A DNA stretch of 63,991 bases, counting the filler, from Barthelona sp. PAP020 (Eukaryota), in assembly GCA_040182905.1 (NCBI GenBank). It is 11 parts of 11 records of this genome, joined end to end, with 100 filler letters (N's around TTAATTAATTAA, not from the genome) between each part and the next. Parts side by side here need not be neighbours in the genome. Positions count along the whole stretch, not along the records: positions 53,653 to 59,435 come from JARQWU010000581.1; positions 59,536 to 63,991 come from JARQWU010000668.1; 9 more parts are not named here. One strand, 5' to 3'. A program made the position numbers and the translations under genes. Shown here in pieces: positions 54,233 to 63,991 of the stretch (position 1 is the first letter of the stretch; each line of letters begins with the position of its first letter). A model generated the notes under the pieces. It made no database searches, had not been told where the DNA came from, and saw only the letters and a program-made list of their open reading frames with translations.

Positions 54233-57200
54233 ATGTCAAATACTCTTGAAAAATTTTCACAAACGTTGTTAGAAGTTGGTAATAATAATTTTTGTAATTT
54301 TATTGATACAATCAAATCTGTTGATTTTCTTTCTGTGTTTAGTTGCCTTTGTCAAACTGATATTCCTATTTTTGAGATTACTATGTCGATGGTATCTAAT
54401 TTTGTTGATCATCAAGAAGCTAATGAAGAAGCGATTATTCTTTTTTTTAGAGTTGTGTGGTTATCGACTGCATTTGAAGAATTATTGGAGACACGAGCCG
54501 AATTGGCAAATGATAGAACATTTCAAAAGTGTTTGAATCAATTCTATGAGAATTGTACTGTTGCCTCCAATATTATTAAAAAGACAACTGAACGTAGCTT
54601 TTTAGGCAAGTTTGTATTTGGAGGGAAGGATTTAGAAAATATTACAAAGTTACATGGAAAATTCGACAGTATTAATGGGGATCTACAACTAATACTGAGT
54701 TCAAAAATAGCAACTTTTCCAGAAACAATTCAACAACATATCACGACCCATCTAAATGACATGAATCAAAAGTTAATGGAAGAATTGCAAAAAAATTATA
54801 ATAAGATGGAGGATAACCACAAGGAGCTTACTAACACGCTTTCCTTAATCTTGACCAAATTTGATTCGATGGAACGTAAGAATAAATTGCAAACTTTGCT
54901 GGGAAAAATTGAAAATAACGTAAATCTTAATGATTTACGAAATTTTAACATTCCAGTTATTGATTCTAAAGAAATTTCTTATTCTAGAGAGCTTGGAAGA
55001 GGAGGTTATGCCACCATTCTGAAGGGTAGATATAAGCGATGTGATGTTGCTGTTAAAGTACCTTATAATGCATCTAAAGAGCAAGTATTGAATGAGTGCA
55101 TTTCTATATCATTTATTCATCGATTTATTTGCAAAATTTATGGAATTACCCAGAAAGACGGACAATGGAGCATAGTTATGGAATACTGTCCAAGTACACT
55201 TGAAAGAAAAATGAAAACAATGACTGTCATTGAGAAGCTTGAAAGTCTTATTCAACTGGCAGATGCATTAAGTTGTTGTCATGATAAAGGGATCATTCAT
55301 CGAGATGTCACTCCTAAAAATGTATTAATCAGAGAAGATGGAACTGTTGCATTGTGTGATTTTGGCCTTGTACGCAGTCTAGAAAGAAACAGTGCATTAT
55401 CAACGTTTGGGACTGTCCATTATATGCCACCTGAATTGTTCACTGAAGAAAACCCTGTTGCACATCCTGGAATTGATTCATGGTCGTTTGGTGTTACTTT
55501 TTTTGAAGTGATGAGTGGTTGTACTCCTTTTGAAGGAATTGCTCATCACTTAGTCAATATGAAGCTTGCTTCTGGCAAAAAACCTTTTGAAAATATTGAT
55601 TGGATTGTGGGTTATGAATTTATTTTCAAGTGCTTCAACTCCGAAGCCAATAATAGACCAATGTTTCATGAAATCATAAAATATTTGGAAAGCACATTGA
55701 ATGATATGGAGAATGTTGTTGATGTGTATACAAACAAGTTGATACTACCTAAGACTCCCAATGTTGTTGTCGATATTACCACTTCTAATTATCAAAGTAT
55801 GATCACAAAGTATGCTATTGATGTGGCTGATGATCTTTCTAGTGATTTTGTGATTGATTCCAGTGATTTTTTTGATATTGCTGTGGGGAAAATCCAGGAG
55901 GGCGATATGACATTTACTAAGCAATGCATCAAAGCTGGGTTGAAGTTGAATACACAGGATAATCAAGGAGTTAGCCTTTTGTATGTCGCTGCTAAAAATG
56001 GATATGTTGATATTGTTAGGATGCTTATCGATTTCGGGGTCAATATCAATGTATGCACAAATGAAGGACATTCCCCTTTGTTTATATCATGTAAAAATCA
56101 ACATATTGAAACCGTGAAAGTTCTTCTGAATTTTGGAGCAATTGTTGATTGCAGTCTTAATTTTGATTGTTCTCCAATATACACTGCTTGTAATCAAAAC
56201 CAATACGATATGGCTTGTCTTTTGCTGGATTACATTCAAAATATCAATCAAATATATCAACCTAATGACCTTTCCTTGTTGTATATTTGTTGTGAAAAGG
56301 GGTATTATGATATTGCTAAGCTTTTGTTGGAACGTGGTGCCAATGTAAATCAAACTATTGCACAAGGCTGTACTTGCTTGTATGCTAGTTGTTATTTCAA
56401 CCATAATCGCATTGTTGAGTTGCTTTTAGATAATGGGGCCAACGCTGACAGCTCCAAAAAAAACTTCTTGCCTTTATTTGCTGCTTGTAGTTTTGGAAAT
56501 TTTGAAATTGTCAAATTGCTTTTAAAATATGAGGCCAACGTGAATCAAATGAGAAATGATGGATATTTTGCATTATACTGTAGTTGTGATAATGGTCATT
56601 TAGAGATTGTCAAATTGCTATTGGATCACAATGCTAATATGAATCAAATAACCAATGAAGGTTTTTCTTCGTTATTTATTAGTTGTCTAAAAGGACACTT
56701 AGAAATAACTAGATTATTAGTGGAGCGTAAAGCCAATATCAATCAACTTACAAATGATGGTCGTTCTCCATTGTACTGTAGTTGCGAGAAAGCACACTTA
56801 GAGATTGTCAAATTGTTGTTGGAACATAATGCCAATGCCAATCAACTTACAAATGATGGTCGTTCTCCATTGTACTGTAGTTGCGAGAAAGGACACTTAG
56901 AGATTGTCAAATTGTTGTTGGAACATAATGCCAATGTCAATCAACTTACTGATGCTAATTTTTCTCCATTGTACTGTAGTTGCGAGAAAGGACACTTAGA
57001 AATTGTCAAATTGTTGTTGGAACATAATGCTGATGCAAATTACATCACTTTTGAAGAATGTTCTTGTTTATATGTTTGTTCTTATTACAATTTCGAGAAC
57101 CTCGTCAAATTACTTTTACATCATGGAGCTGATGTTAATTTGACTGGAAATAATTTTTCTCCTCTGATTGCTAGTTGCTCTCAGGGGCACTTTGAAATTG

Positions 57201-57856
57201 TGAAATTGCTTTTGGAAAATGGGGCTCATGTCAATGAACTAAATGAAGATGGGAATTTTCCCTTATTTACCAGTTGTATGAATGGACATTACGAAATTGT
57301 CAAGTTACTCTTGGACTATGAGGTTGATTTGAATCAGTTATCAAAGGAAGGTTCTTTTGCATTAAAAATAAGTTATGAAAAAGGTCATCATGATATTTTC
57401 AAATTACTCTTGGAACATGATGTTGATGTGAATCAAAAATCTAAAGATGGTTTTTTCTTGTTATACGACTGTTGCTGTGCTCAACGAGATGATGATGTCA
57501 AATTGCTTTTGGAACATGGAGCAGATCCAAATCAAACAGTAAATGGTGGATTTACTTCCCTGTATGCTGCATCTAACGATGGAAGTTATAATATTGCCAA
57601 AATGCTTTTGGAATATGGTGCTGATGTCAACCATCTGGGAAATGATGGTTATTCATCTCTCCATATAGCCTGTTGTGAAGGTCATTATGACATTGTAAGA
57701 TTGCTGTTACAGAATGGAGCTGATGTGGATATTTTGAGTTGCAAAGATCAAAAAGCTATTGACATGGCAAAATCAAGGAATTTCACGAACATTGTTGACT
57801 TGTTATCAGAGCCATTGTCTGCGCAAGAGAATAATATTTGTTGTTCTATTCAATAA
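54233..57856 (+). CDS. MLKL-like N-terminal four-helix bundle + TKL-type kinase + ~19 ankyrin repeats + C-terminal CaaX
   Basis: NTD ~54365-54697 (..IIKKTTERSFLGKFVFGGKDLENITKLHGKFDSINGDLQLIL); kinase GRGGYA, VAVK, HRD, DFG, DSWSFG; ANK ~55900-57800; ends CCSIQ*. Kinase and ANK are certain; the MLKL-NTD call is by eye. Confidence 0.88.
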   Translation: MSNTLEKFSQTLLEVGNNNFCNFIDTIKSVDFLSVFSCLCQTDIPIFEITMSMVSNFVDHQEANEEAIILFFRVVWLSTAFEELLETRAELANDRTFQKCLNQFYENCTVASNIIKKTTERSFLGKFVFGGKDLENITKLHGKFDSINGDLQLILSSKIATFPETIQQHITTHLNDMNQKLMEELQKNYNKMEDNHKELTNTLSLILTKFDSMERKNKLQTLLGKIENNVNLNDLRNFNIPVIDSKEISYSRELGRGGYATILKGRYKRCDVAVKVPYNASKEQVLNECISISFIHRFICKIYGITQKDGQWSIVMEYCPSTLERKMKTMTVIEKLESLIQLADALSCCHDKGIIHRDVTPKNVLIREDGTVALCDFGLVRSLERNSALSTFGTVHYMPPELFTEENPVAHPGIDSWSFGVTFFEVMSGCTPFEGIAHHLVNMKLASGKKPFENIDWIVGYEFIFKCFNSEANNRPMFHEIIKYLESTLNDMENVVDVYTNKLILPKTPNVVVDITTSNYQSMITKYAIDVADDLSSDFVIDSSDFFDIAVGKIQEGDMTFTKQCIKAGLKLNTQDNQGVSLLYVAAKNGYVDIVRMLIDFGVNINVCTNEGHSPLFISCKNQHIETVKVLLNFGAIVDCSLNFDCSPIYTACNQNQYDMACLLLDYIQNINQIYQPNDLSLLYICCEKGYYDIAKLLLERGANVNQTIAQGCTCLYASCYFNHNRIVELLLDNGANADSSKKNFLPLFAACSFGNFEIVKLLLKYEANVNQMRNDGYFALYCSCDNGHLEIVKLLLDHNANMNQITNEGFSSLFISCLKGHLEITRLLVERKANINQLTNDGRSPLYCSCEKAHLEIVKLLLEHNANANQLTNDGRSPLYCSCEKGHLEIVKLLLEHNANVNQLTDANFSPLYCSCEKGHLEIVKLLLEHNADANYITFEECSCLYVCSYYNFENLVKLLLHHGADVNLTGNNFSPLIASCSQGHFEIVKLLLENGAHVNELNEDGNFPLFTSCMNGHYEIVKLLLDYEVDLNQLSKEGSFALKISYEKGHHDIFKLLLEHDVDVNQKSKDGFFLLYDCCCAQRDDDVKLLLEHGADPNQTVNGGFTSLYAASNDGSYNIAKMLLEYGADVNHLGNDGYSSLHIACCEGHYDIVRLLLQNGADVDILSCKDQKAIDMAKSRNFTNIVDLLSEPLSAQENNICCSIQ
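56741..57030 (+). repeat. Three near-identical 99-bp ankyrin units
   Basis: Units start at 56741, 56840 and 56939 (aatcaacttac...tctccattgtactgtagttgcgagaaag.acacttaga). Confidence 0.9.
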
Positions 57857-58262
57857 TCTTTTTTTTGAAACTGTAATTTCTCATGGAAAGAGCAGTGGAC
57901 TTAAATTAACCTAGATAAATGAATTTTATTTTTTCTATGTGTGGAATCCTTTTCGACTTTTCCAAACTTGAGATTAGTCTCTCATGGGATTATTAGCAAA
58001 TAATAATCCTTAATCTTTAATTCTATTGAAGTCCAGCATTCCTTTTGGGAATCCTTCAATCTTAAAACTTTCATTTCTTGGGCTATCATGTGGAAGCTGG
58101 TGTATATTCCAAAAGAAACATTCCTCATTCTGCTTAGGGTCGATCAATTGCTATTTTTTCACAGAGTTATACAAAAAACAAACTAACTAAAATTTACATG
58201 CAAGAAAAAAATACTTAATAAACATGTATTGAAAAGAAATATAACCCCACAAACAGACCTTC

Positions 58263-58490
58263 CTATTCATCAGCGTCATACTCATCATCTTCTATCTCTT
58301 CATCAATTTCCTGACGCATATTGCCACCTTTTTTTTTTTTTTTAATGTCGAGCAAATCCTAACAATCGTTGATTGACAGGTCAGGTCAAAATCTCTATAT
58401 ATTCATGTAGAATCCAATAGTGACAAATTCTCAAATGATGCCACTTTTTGCTTTCATTGCAACAAGTGTTGATAAAAAATAGCCCTTGTA
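58263..58490 (-). pseudogene. Decayed relic of the shared C-terminal domain
   Basis: KGYFLSTLVAMKAKSGII*EFVTIGFYMN...SINDC*DLLDI...GGNMRQEIDEEIEDDEYDADE* aligns with 19581-19808, and similarity continues past the stop codon. Confidence 0.85.
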
Positions 58491-58840
58491 TGTAAATTTT
58501 TTCTGTGTTAATTGATCAAAATATGGAGAAGACCCCGAATTTCTCGAAGTTTATCTTAAATGGCTCAAATTTCTGATAATTTACTTATAAATGGACCAAA
58601 ATTTTGAGAAAGTTAATGACAATGAAAGAACAGAAAGATTGGATCTCGTAAAAAGAAACGCCTCATCAAAAACTCTCTCATTTTTAAAGAAGTAAAAAAA
58701 GCCGAGATTAAATTATTTTTATTATAATGTTGCCCAAAAGTTCAACGTGCAGAAAACAATAAGTTTTTGGCGAACATTTTTTTTTTTTTTTGAATGAAAC
58801 AAATCTTTCAAGAAAACCACTCAATAAAAAAAAAGCACAG

Positions 58841-59435
58841 ATGAATATTGAAAATTTATTGTCTTTAAACCCAAATGCTATGTGGATTGATCTTTTTAAA
58901 GCAATTCCCAGTGAAAGTGACGACACTTTGTGCTCATTTTTTTCCAAATATCTTTCTCGTGGAAGAGATTATCGTTTCAAATCTTGCTCACCAAAATGTT
59001 TTGAATTATTGGTTCTCCATCATCATACAAGATATGTTCAATTGTTTTGTGAGTATCATATTGTATCTGAAAATTTGTCATTTTTGCCTTTAAATAAAGG
59101 TTATCTTGATATTTATGCGATACTATATCTGTACGAGAAAGATAGCGTCAGATTGGACAAATTACCATCTTCAGAAAAATTTCAATCACTTAGTTATCAC
59201 AAAAATGCAGTTCAAAGTCTTGCTTTGAATGAAGATTACATTGTTTCTGGATGTTATGAAGGGAAAGTCAATGTATTTGCAATAAAGGATGAATTTTCTC
59301 GAGTATTTTCGATCAATATTTGTAGTTTCATCACTAAAGTCAAGATAACTTCGCGATATGCGTTTGCTGCTACTCATTCTGGTATATTATATGTTGTTGA
59401 TCTTCAGTTAATGAAATGCTTCAATCATTATATTG
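58841..59435 (+). CDS. Protein with helical N-terminus followed by WD40 repeats (3' truncated)
   Basis: YHKNAVQSLALNEDYIVSGCYEGKVNVF. Confidence 0.65.
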
Positions 59436-59560
59436 NNNNNNNNNNNNNNNNNNNNNNNNNNNNNNNNNNNNNNNNNNNNTTAATTAATTAANNNNNNNNN
59501 NNNNNNNNNNNNNNNNNNNNNNNNNNNNNNNNNNNACAATTATAAAACGACTATAAATAC

Positions 59561-59698
59561 CTTATCAGTAGCATCCTCAGCTTTGTTCTTATCAGGATGA
59601 TATTTAACTGCAAGCTTTCTGTAAGCTTTGCGAATGTCTGCTTTGGACGCATTGGGTGAAACACCTAAAATATCATAAAACTCAGTTTCTGCAACCAT
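59561..59698 (-). CDS. DnaJ/Hsp40 (DNAJA/Ydj1-like), first exon
   Basis: [38 protein letters not shown], followed by a GTATTT donor; truncated by spacer. Confidence 0.88.
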
Positions 59699-59912
59699 TA
59701 TAAAAAGAAATTAAAAAAAATAATTGAACAAATAAAAATAAAAAAATTGTGGTTGAGAAATAACAACTTTTAGGAGATTGCTACCATCAATTAACTCCAG
59801 CTCAATTTAAAATGAATAACATCTTTTATTGTTAATTTCTCTATTTTTTTAAAAACATGCCAAGAAATCAAAAAATAAATAAAATTGTGAGAAATTTATG
59901 AGGTCAATTCAT

Positions 59913-62168
59913 TCAACTCATTTCAAAAGAATCATATATGGAATTAAATTCTTTAAGAGAATCAAACGAACAAGGAGTGAAGGGATTTTGTTTGTCAAAA
60001 AAATCACAGTAACTTGAGAATATTTTTTTCTTTTCAATGTTGGGTTCTGTATTGGGAATAATTGAAAAGGATTTGCTTCTTTTCTTTCTAGATTTTTTTA
60101 AGACATAATCAGTGTCATTGATTTTTTCTTTGACATCTTTTTCTTTAACATTTTCCGTAGCAACATTGAAAAAACCAAAAAATGGAAGAAAATCATTTAA
60201 AAAAACCAACTGATCTGTTTCGTACAACTCTTTAAATCCTCGATTTAAAGATCTTATCACGTTTTTTCCTTTGATGATACATTCTTGAATTTCTACTAAA
60301 GGATGTCTAATTCCCCAATATAAGGGTAACTGCCACCATGATTGATCAATTAGATCCAATTTAACTGGGTTTCCAGGTCCAGAGTTATGTAAGATAGAAT
60401 CATTTTCGAGATCTGATATTCCAATTCCTTCAGCAGTAGGGATGAACTTCAATTGAAGTAAATTCATTCCATCTTGCTTTGCTTGATCTGTGAATGTATT
60501 TGAATAAAAACGTTGTATGGTTGTGAAAAATTTAAACCGTTTCTTGGATCCTGCATGAAGTTTATCGTGAGCATTTGATCCACCATATTGTAAAGCTAAT
60601 GCATCACCCATTGCTATATATAAATCATTTAAAACTTGTTTAGTTTGTATACAACTTTCAAAATCCAAATCAAAGAGTTCAAATTGTTTCTTAAGCAAAA
60701 TACCACCAGCTGCTATTTGAAAAGTCAATGTTCGATCCAAGCAATCAATACAATTTGTTCGAACAATTCCCTTTTGAAGAGAAATAAATTCAAACTCATC
60801 TTTTAAAGGCTTCTTTTGAATATTGAACAAATTCACTCTTTCCAAAGAATCCATCGCCAAATAACCAAGAGTGGCATTGATATCTTCACCCGCCTTTTTT
60901 GCTGCAGCAAAATCATACCTTCTCACCAACACTCTATTTTCAACAGGTAATAGAAATTGATTCATTTGCTTCAGAGCACGTTTGTATAACTCACTCAATA
61001 AAGATTCTCTACCAGATGTTTTTGGAACTTCCTTCATCGAATTCTTCGTATTTTCAGCATTTAAATCATCATCACTGTATTTAGAATAATATAATCCTGT
61101 CTTTACAAGATCTAGAACAATAATAGGTGAGCCGTATCTATAGAATAAATCAGAAAAATGTAATCTAAGGGCAATAGCTTGATAATCCAAGTTATTAATG
61201 ACTATTGGAGGTGGTGGAATGAAATTATCACCATGTCCCCAAAATAAAGGGATACTACCTCTGTGAGTTACATGTGATGTCAACTGAAACTCACCAAAAT
61301 CACTATAACAGTTACCGGACCAAAAAACTTGTTCAGTTTCAACATCATTGGCTACATGTCCATTTGTTGTAATTCCTCGCTTTAAATATCTTGTTCCAGC
61401 AAAAAATCGCGATCTACGAGCAATTAATGCAATGGAATACAAAGAACTTCCATGGTAAAAGTGATGAATTCCAATATAACCATGTAAAACAGGTGTAATC
61501 CAATCAATACTCACAAAATCCAAAACAGGTTCAAGTAAAGAATGATTCCAGCAAAATTGAGGATTGTATAAAGATAAATTAAATACTTTTCTCCGGTGAT
61601 TAATATTTGAACTACTAAAATTCACTGATTTCTTGTTTTCTGTTTCAATAGGTTGTTTATTAAATAACCACTGAAAATTTCGGGTCAAATCCAAAGTTGA
61701 ACAATACAAATCACCATTTTGCAAAGTATATATTATTAAATTCTTATAACGTTGTTCTTCATCAGATACATCTTTATAGTTGACAGGATTAATGGGAAAT
61801 AAATTTACATCGTTAATAGATGAAACCCTGTGATCTAGGATGAAACCAATTTTTTTTAAATCACTTCCAAGAACAATATACCACGTATTAAATAATAAAA
61901 TAAACCCTAATAATCTCTCAAACGTTAATATTTTAGAGAAATATTGGGGAGACAAATAGCTGTAAGTTTCCAAAACATTTATGAGTTCTTCTTTGTTGTA
62001 TAAATAATCATCTTCTATTAATAATTCATTGATTGAACTTCCGATCAATCTTCTAACCTTTAAAATTCGAAATTCTTTGCTATATTTATATCTTCCAACA
62101 ATTAAAAAGGTTTCACTTGTGGAATACAAATCAAATTCACAAAAATAATCTTCATCTATACTACTCAT
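59913..62168 (-). CDS. FIG4: SAC-domain phosphoinositide phosphatase, FIG4/SAC3-like
   Basis: ARRSRFFAGTRYLKRG, VANDVETEQ, RGSIPLFW, RTNCIDCLDRT (CX5R), GDALALQYGGS, RFYSNTFTD..KQ. Confidence 0.85.
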   Translation of the reverse strand: MSSIDEDYFCEFDLYSTSETFLIVGRYKYSKEFRILKVRRLIGSSINELLIEDDYLYNKEELINVLETYSYLSPQYFSKILTFERLLGFILLFNTWYIVLGSDLKKIGFILDHRVSSINDVNLFPINPVNYKDVSDEEQRYKNLIIYTLQNGDLYCSTLDLTRNFQWLFNKQPIETENKKSVNFSSSNINHRRKVFNLSLYNPQFCWNHSLLEPVLDFVSIDWITPVLHGYIGIHHFYHGSSLYSIALIARRSRFFAGTRYLKRGITTNGHVANDVETEQVFWSGNCYSDFGEFQLTSHVTHRGSIPLFWGHGDNFIPPPPIVINNLDYQAIALRLHFSDLFYRYGSPIIVLDLVKTGLYYSKYSDDDLNAENTKNSMKEVPKTSGRESLLSELYKRALKQMNQFLLPVENRVLVRRYDFAAAKKAGEDINATLGYLAMDSLERVNLFNIQKKPLKDEFEFISLQKGIVRTNCIDCLDRTLTFQIAAGGILLKKQFELFDLDFESCIQTKQVLNDLYIAMGDALALQYGGSNAHDKLHAGSKKRFKFFTTIQRFYSNTFTDQAKQDGMNLLQLKFIPTAEGIGISDLENDSILHNSGPGNPVKLDLIDQSWWQLPLYWGIRHPLVEIQECIIKGKNVIRSLNRGFKELYETDQLVFLNDFLPFFGFFNVATENVKEKDVKEKINDTDYVLKKSRKKRSKSFSIIPNTEPNIEKKKIFSSYCDFFDKQNPFTPCSFDSLKEFNSIYDSFEMS

Positions 62169-62678
62169 TGAAAATATTCATTAAACTTCAAACAAAAAAA
62201 TCAACTCAAAGAAAAAGAAAAAATTTTCTTTGAAAATTGTTTTTAACAATAATAAAATGTTGTAAATGTTATCTTAATCTTAAAATTGAAAAAAAAAAGA
62301 TATGAAAAGATTTGAGAGTATCCAAATTCTACTTTTTTGCGAAACAATTTTAAAATTTCATAGCATGCCATATGATCAGTTTAAATTTAAAAAAAAGTTA
62401 AATTTTTGTGTTTATATTAATTGAAATGATGAAAATAATCGCTTTTTTGGTCATTCTTTTGTTATGAAAGTAAAATAGCTCAATTGGAAAAAAAAAGTGC
62501 TTCATATCAAGCAAAAATCCGATAAAAGGATAGTTTTAACAAAAACAGATACGTGACAAAACCATGAGAATAAAAAAATTGAAGGGCATTTTTATATCAA
62601 ATAAATTTTTTAAAGAATACCATAAATGAAGTATGTTGATAAAAGAACTTTGTTTTTCGTTGTTAAGTTTTTGTGTTT

Positions 62679-63042
62679 TTACTGTTTTTGCCCAAACTTT
62701 CTGTGATAAAAGTCATCCATTCTAGATGATGAAATATTTACAATTCTAGGACATCCATCACGATCTCTTCCTAGTAAAATGCAATTCTCACAATATTGAG
62801 CATATGCAACACAATCTGCGTTTCCACAAACAACACATCGGTCTTTATGGGGTCCAGTTGAACATTGGTCACATACATGCGCTTGTTTTCGAAGATTAAC
62901 ATAACTTTCACAAATAACACATTTTCCATCACATTTTTCACAAACTAAACCAATGGCAGTTCCTATTAGTCGGCGACAATGTAAAACATCTTTCACTATA
63001 AATTAGTAAATATTTTAATGATAAAATACAGTGTTTGGACAT
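62679..63042 (-). CDS. PHF5A: PHF5A/Rds3 SF3b subunit; exons 63042-63030 and 62995-62679
   Basis: MSKH...GTAIGLVCEKCDGKCVIC...DRDGCPRIVN; 34-nt intron 62996-63029 (GTATTT...CTAATTTATAG). Confidence 0.93.
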
Positions 63043-63192
63043 GAAAAAAAAAAGCTTTTTGCTTTTAGAAGTTGTTTCACAACAAAATGTTTATTTTTTT
63101 TAATTTATGTATTTAAAATTTGTATATGAAGTTAATAAAATGATCAAAATTAAAAACCGATTCAATACGGATTCACCTTTTTTTGTATATTT

Positions 63193-63732
63193 ATGCCTGA
63201 AGTTCATTTTTTAGGACGAATATTAAATTGTTTTGGATTTGAAGGAAGCGGTTTTTGGGCAAGATATTCCATACATATGGGTGAACAATGGCAATGCATA
63301 TCTGGAGTCATTCAGGGTCAAACACACATTGATTTTCCTATTGTTGGTAATAATGCGATATGGTCACATCCAATAGATTGGCATTTTTCGACCAGTTCTT
63401 TGAAGGGATGGCCAAGAATATTTATTCAAGTTTTTCAAAGAGATATTTATGGTAGAGATGATTTATGTGGTTATGGTGTCAGTTTTTTGCCTTCCGAGCC
63501 GGGGAATTATGAACTTGAGATTCAATGTTGGCAACCAGTAGGAACATTATCACAAAGAATTCAAGCTTTTTTTGTTGGTGGAGCACCTCAATTGGAGGAT
63601 GATTCCTTTGCTTTCACTGATAGTTCTCGTTTTCAGTTGGAAAGCCAAACGACTGGTATTGTACACATTGACATTAACATGATTGCACGTAATTTTAGAC
63701 CTCAAGGAGTGCAACTTTCTTTAAAACCATAG
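63193..63732 (+). CDS. B9D2: B9 domain protein 2 (ciliary transition zone)
   Basis: MPEVHFLG, GQTH, WSHPID, GWPR, DIYGR...GYG, FFVGGAPQL. Confidence 0.92.
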   Translation: MPEVHFLGRILNCFGFEGSGFWARYSIHMGEQWQCISGVIQGQTHIDFPIVGNNAIWSHPIDWHFSTSSLKGWPRIFIQVFQRDIYGRDDLCGYGVSFLPSEPGNYELEIQCWQPVGTLSQRIQAFFVGGAPQLEDDSFAFTDSSRFQLESQTTGIVHIDINMIARNFRPQGVQLSLKP

Positions 63733-63991
63733 TTTATTCAATTTTTTTTTTTTTTTTTTTTTTTAAATTTTAATTTTTTTTTTTTTATTTTTTTTTTTTT
63801 TTTTTTTTTTCAAATGTGAATTGTATTGTTCAAATTTTTGAGTTATTTTTTGAAGTTTATGTGTATCTGCAAAAGATGTCATTCAAATGTCATAAATGAA
63901 TAAATTCTTTTTTTTTTTTTTTTTTTAAGGATAAGTTTGCCCCCATTTTCTTTTTAAAAAGGTCAAAAAAAAAAAAATATTTTCTTTTTTT

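Noticed and set aside
58070..58130. FLG/YHVEAG string resembling an LTR-retrotransposon RT fragment
   Set aside because: Needs a frameshift and has no supporting neighbouring motifs

Overview
This window is not one locus. It is 11 unrelated AT-rich eukaryotic contigs joined by an artificial 100-nt spacer (44 N, TTAATTAATTAA, 44 N). The nine complete contigs fall steadily from 5920 to 5783 bp, so neighbourhood is meaningful only within a contig. The source appears to be a flagellated, probably anaerobic protist using the standard genetic code. Supporting evidence: ciliary/centriolar genes (B9D2, CCDC113, CSPP1-like, EFCAB10-like, CDKL, NEK), PPi-dependent PEPCK, and short 34-85 nt introns with a CTAA branch point close to the 3' AG. 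Housekeeping genes are tightly packed, and RPL37, RUVBL2, PHF5A and an SLC35F6-like gene need splicing that the ORF track misses. Notable accessory content: (1) an MLKL-like four-helix bundle + kinase + about 19 ankyrin repeats + CaaX protein; (2) an unrecognised ~75-aa C-terminal domain shared by a WD40 protein, an ankyrin protein with hypervariable repeats and a decayed relic; (3) related kinases fused to WD40 or a HECT-like domain as pseudogenes, suggesting a shuffled, immune-like receptor repertoire; (4) a DIRS-type retrotransposon with RT, RNase H and tyrosine recombinase in one ORF, ending next to a tRNA-Asp gene; (5) bacterial-type metabolic enzymes. All family assignments come from motif recognition by eye; no database searches were run.
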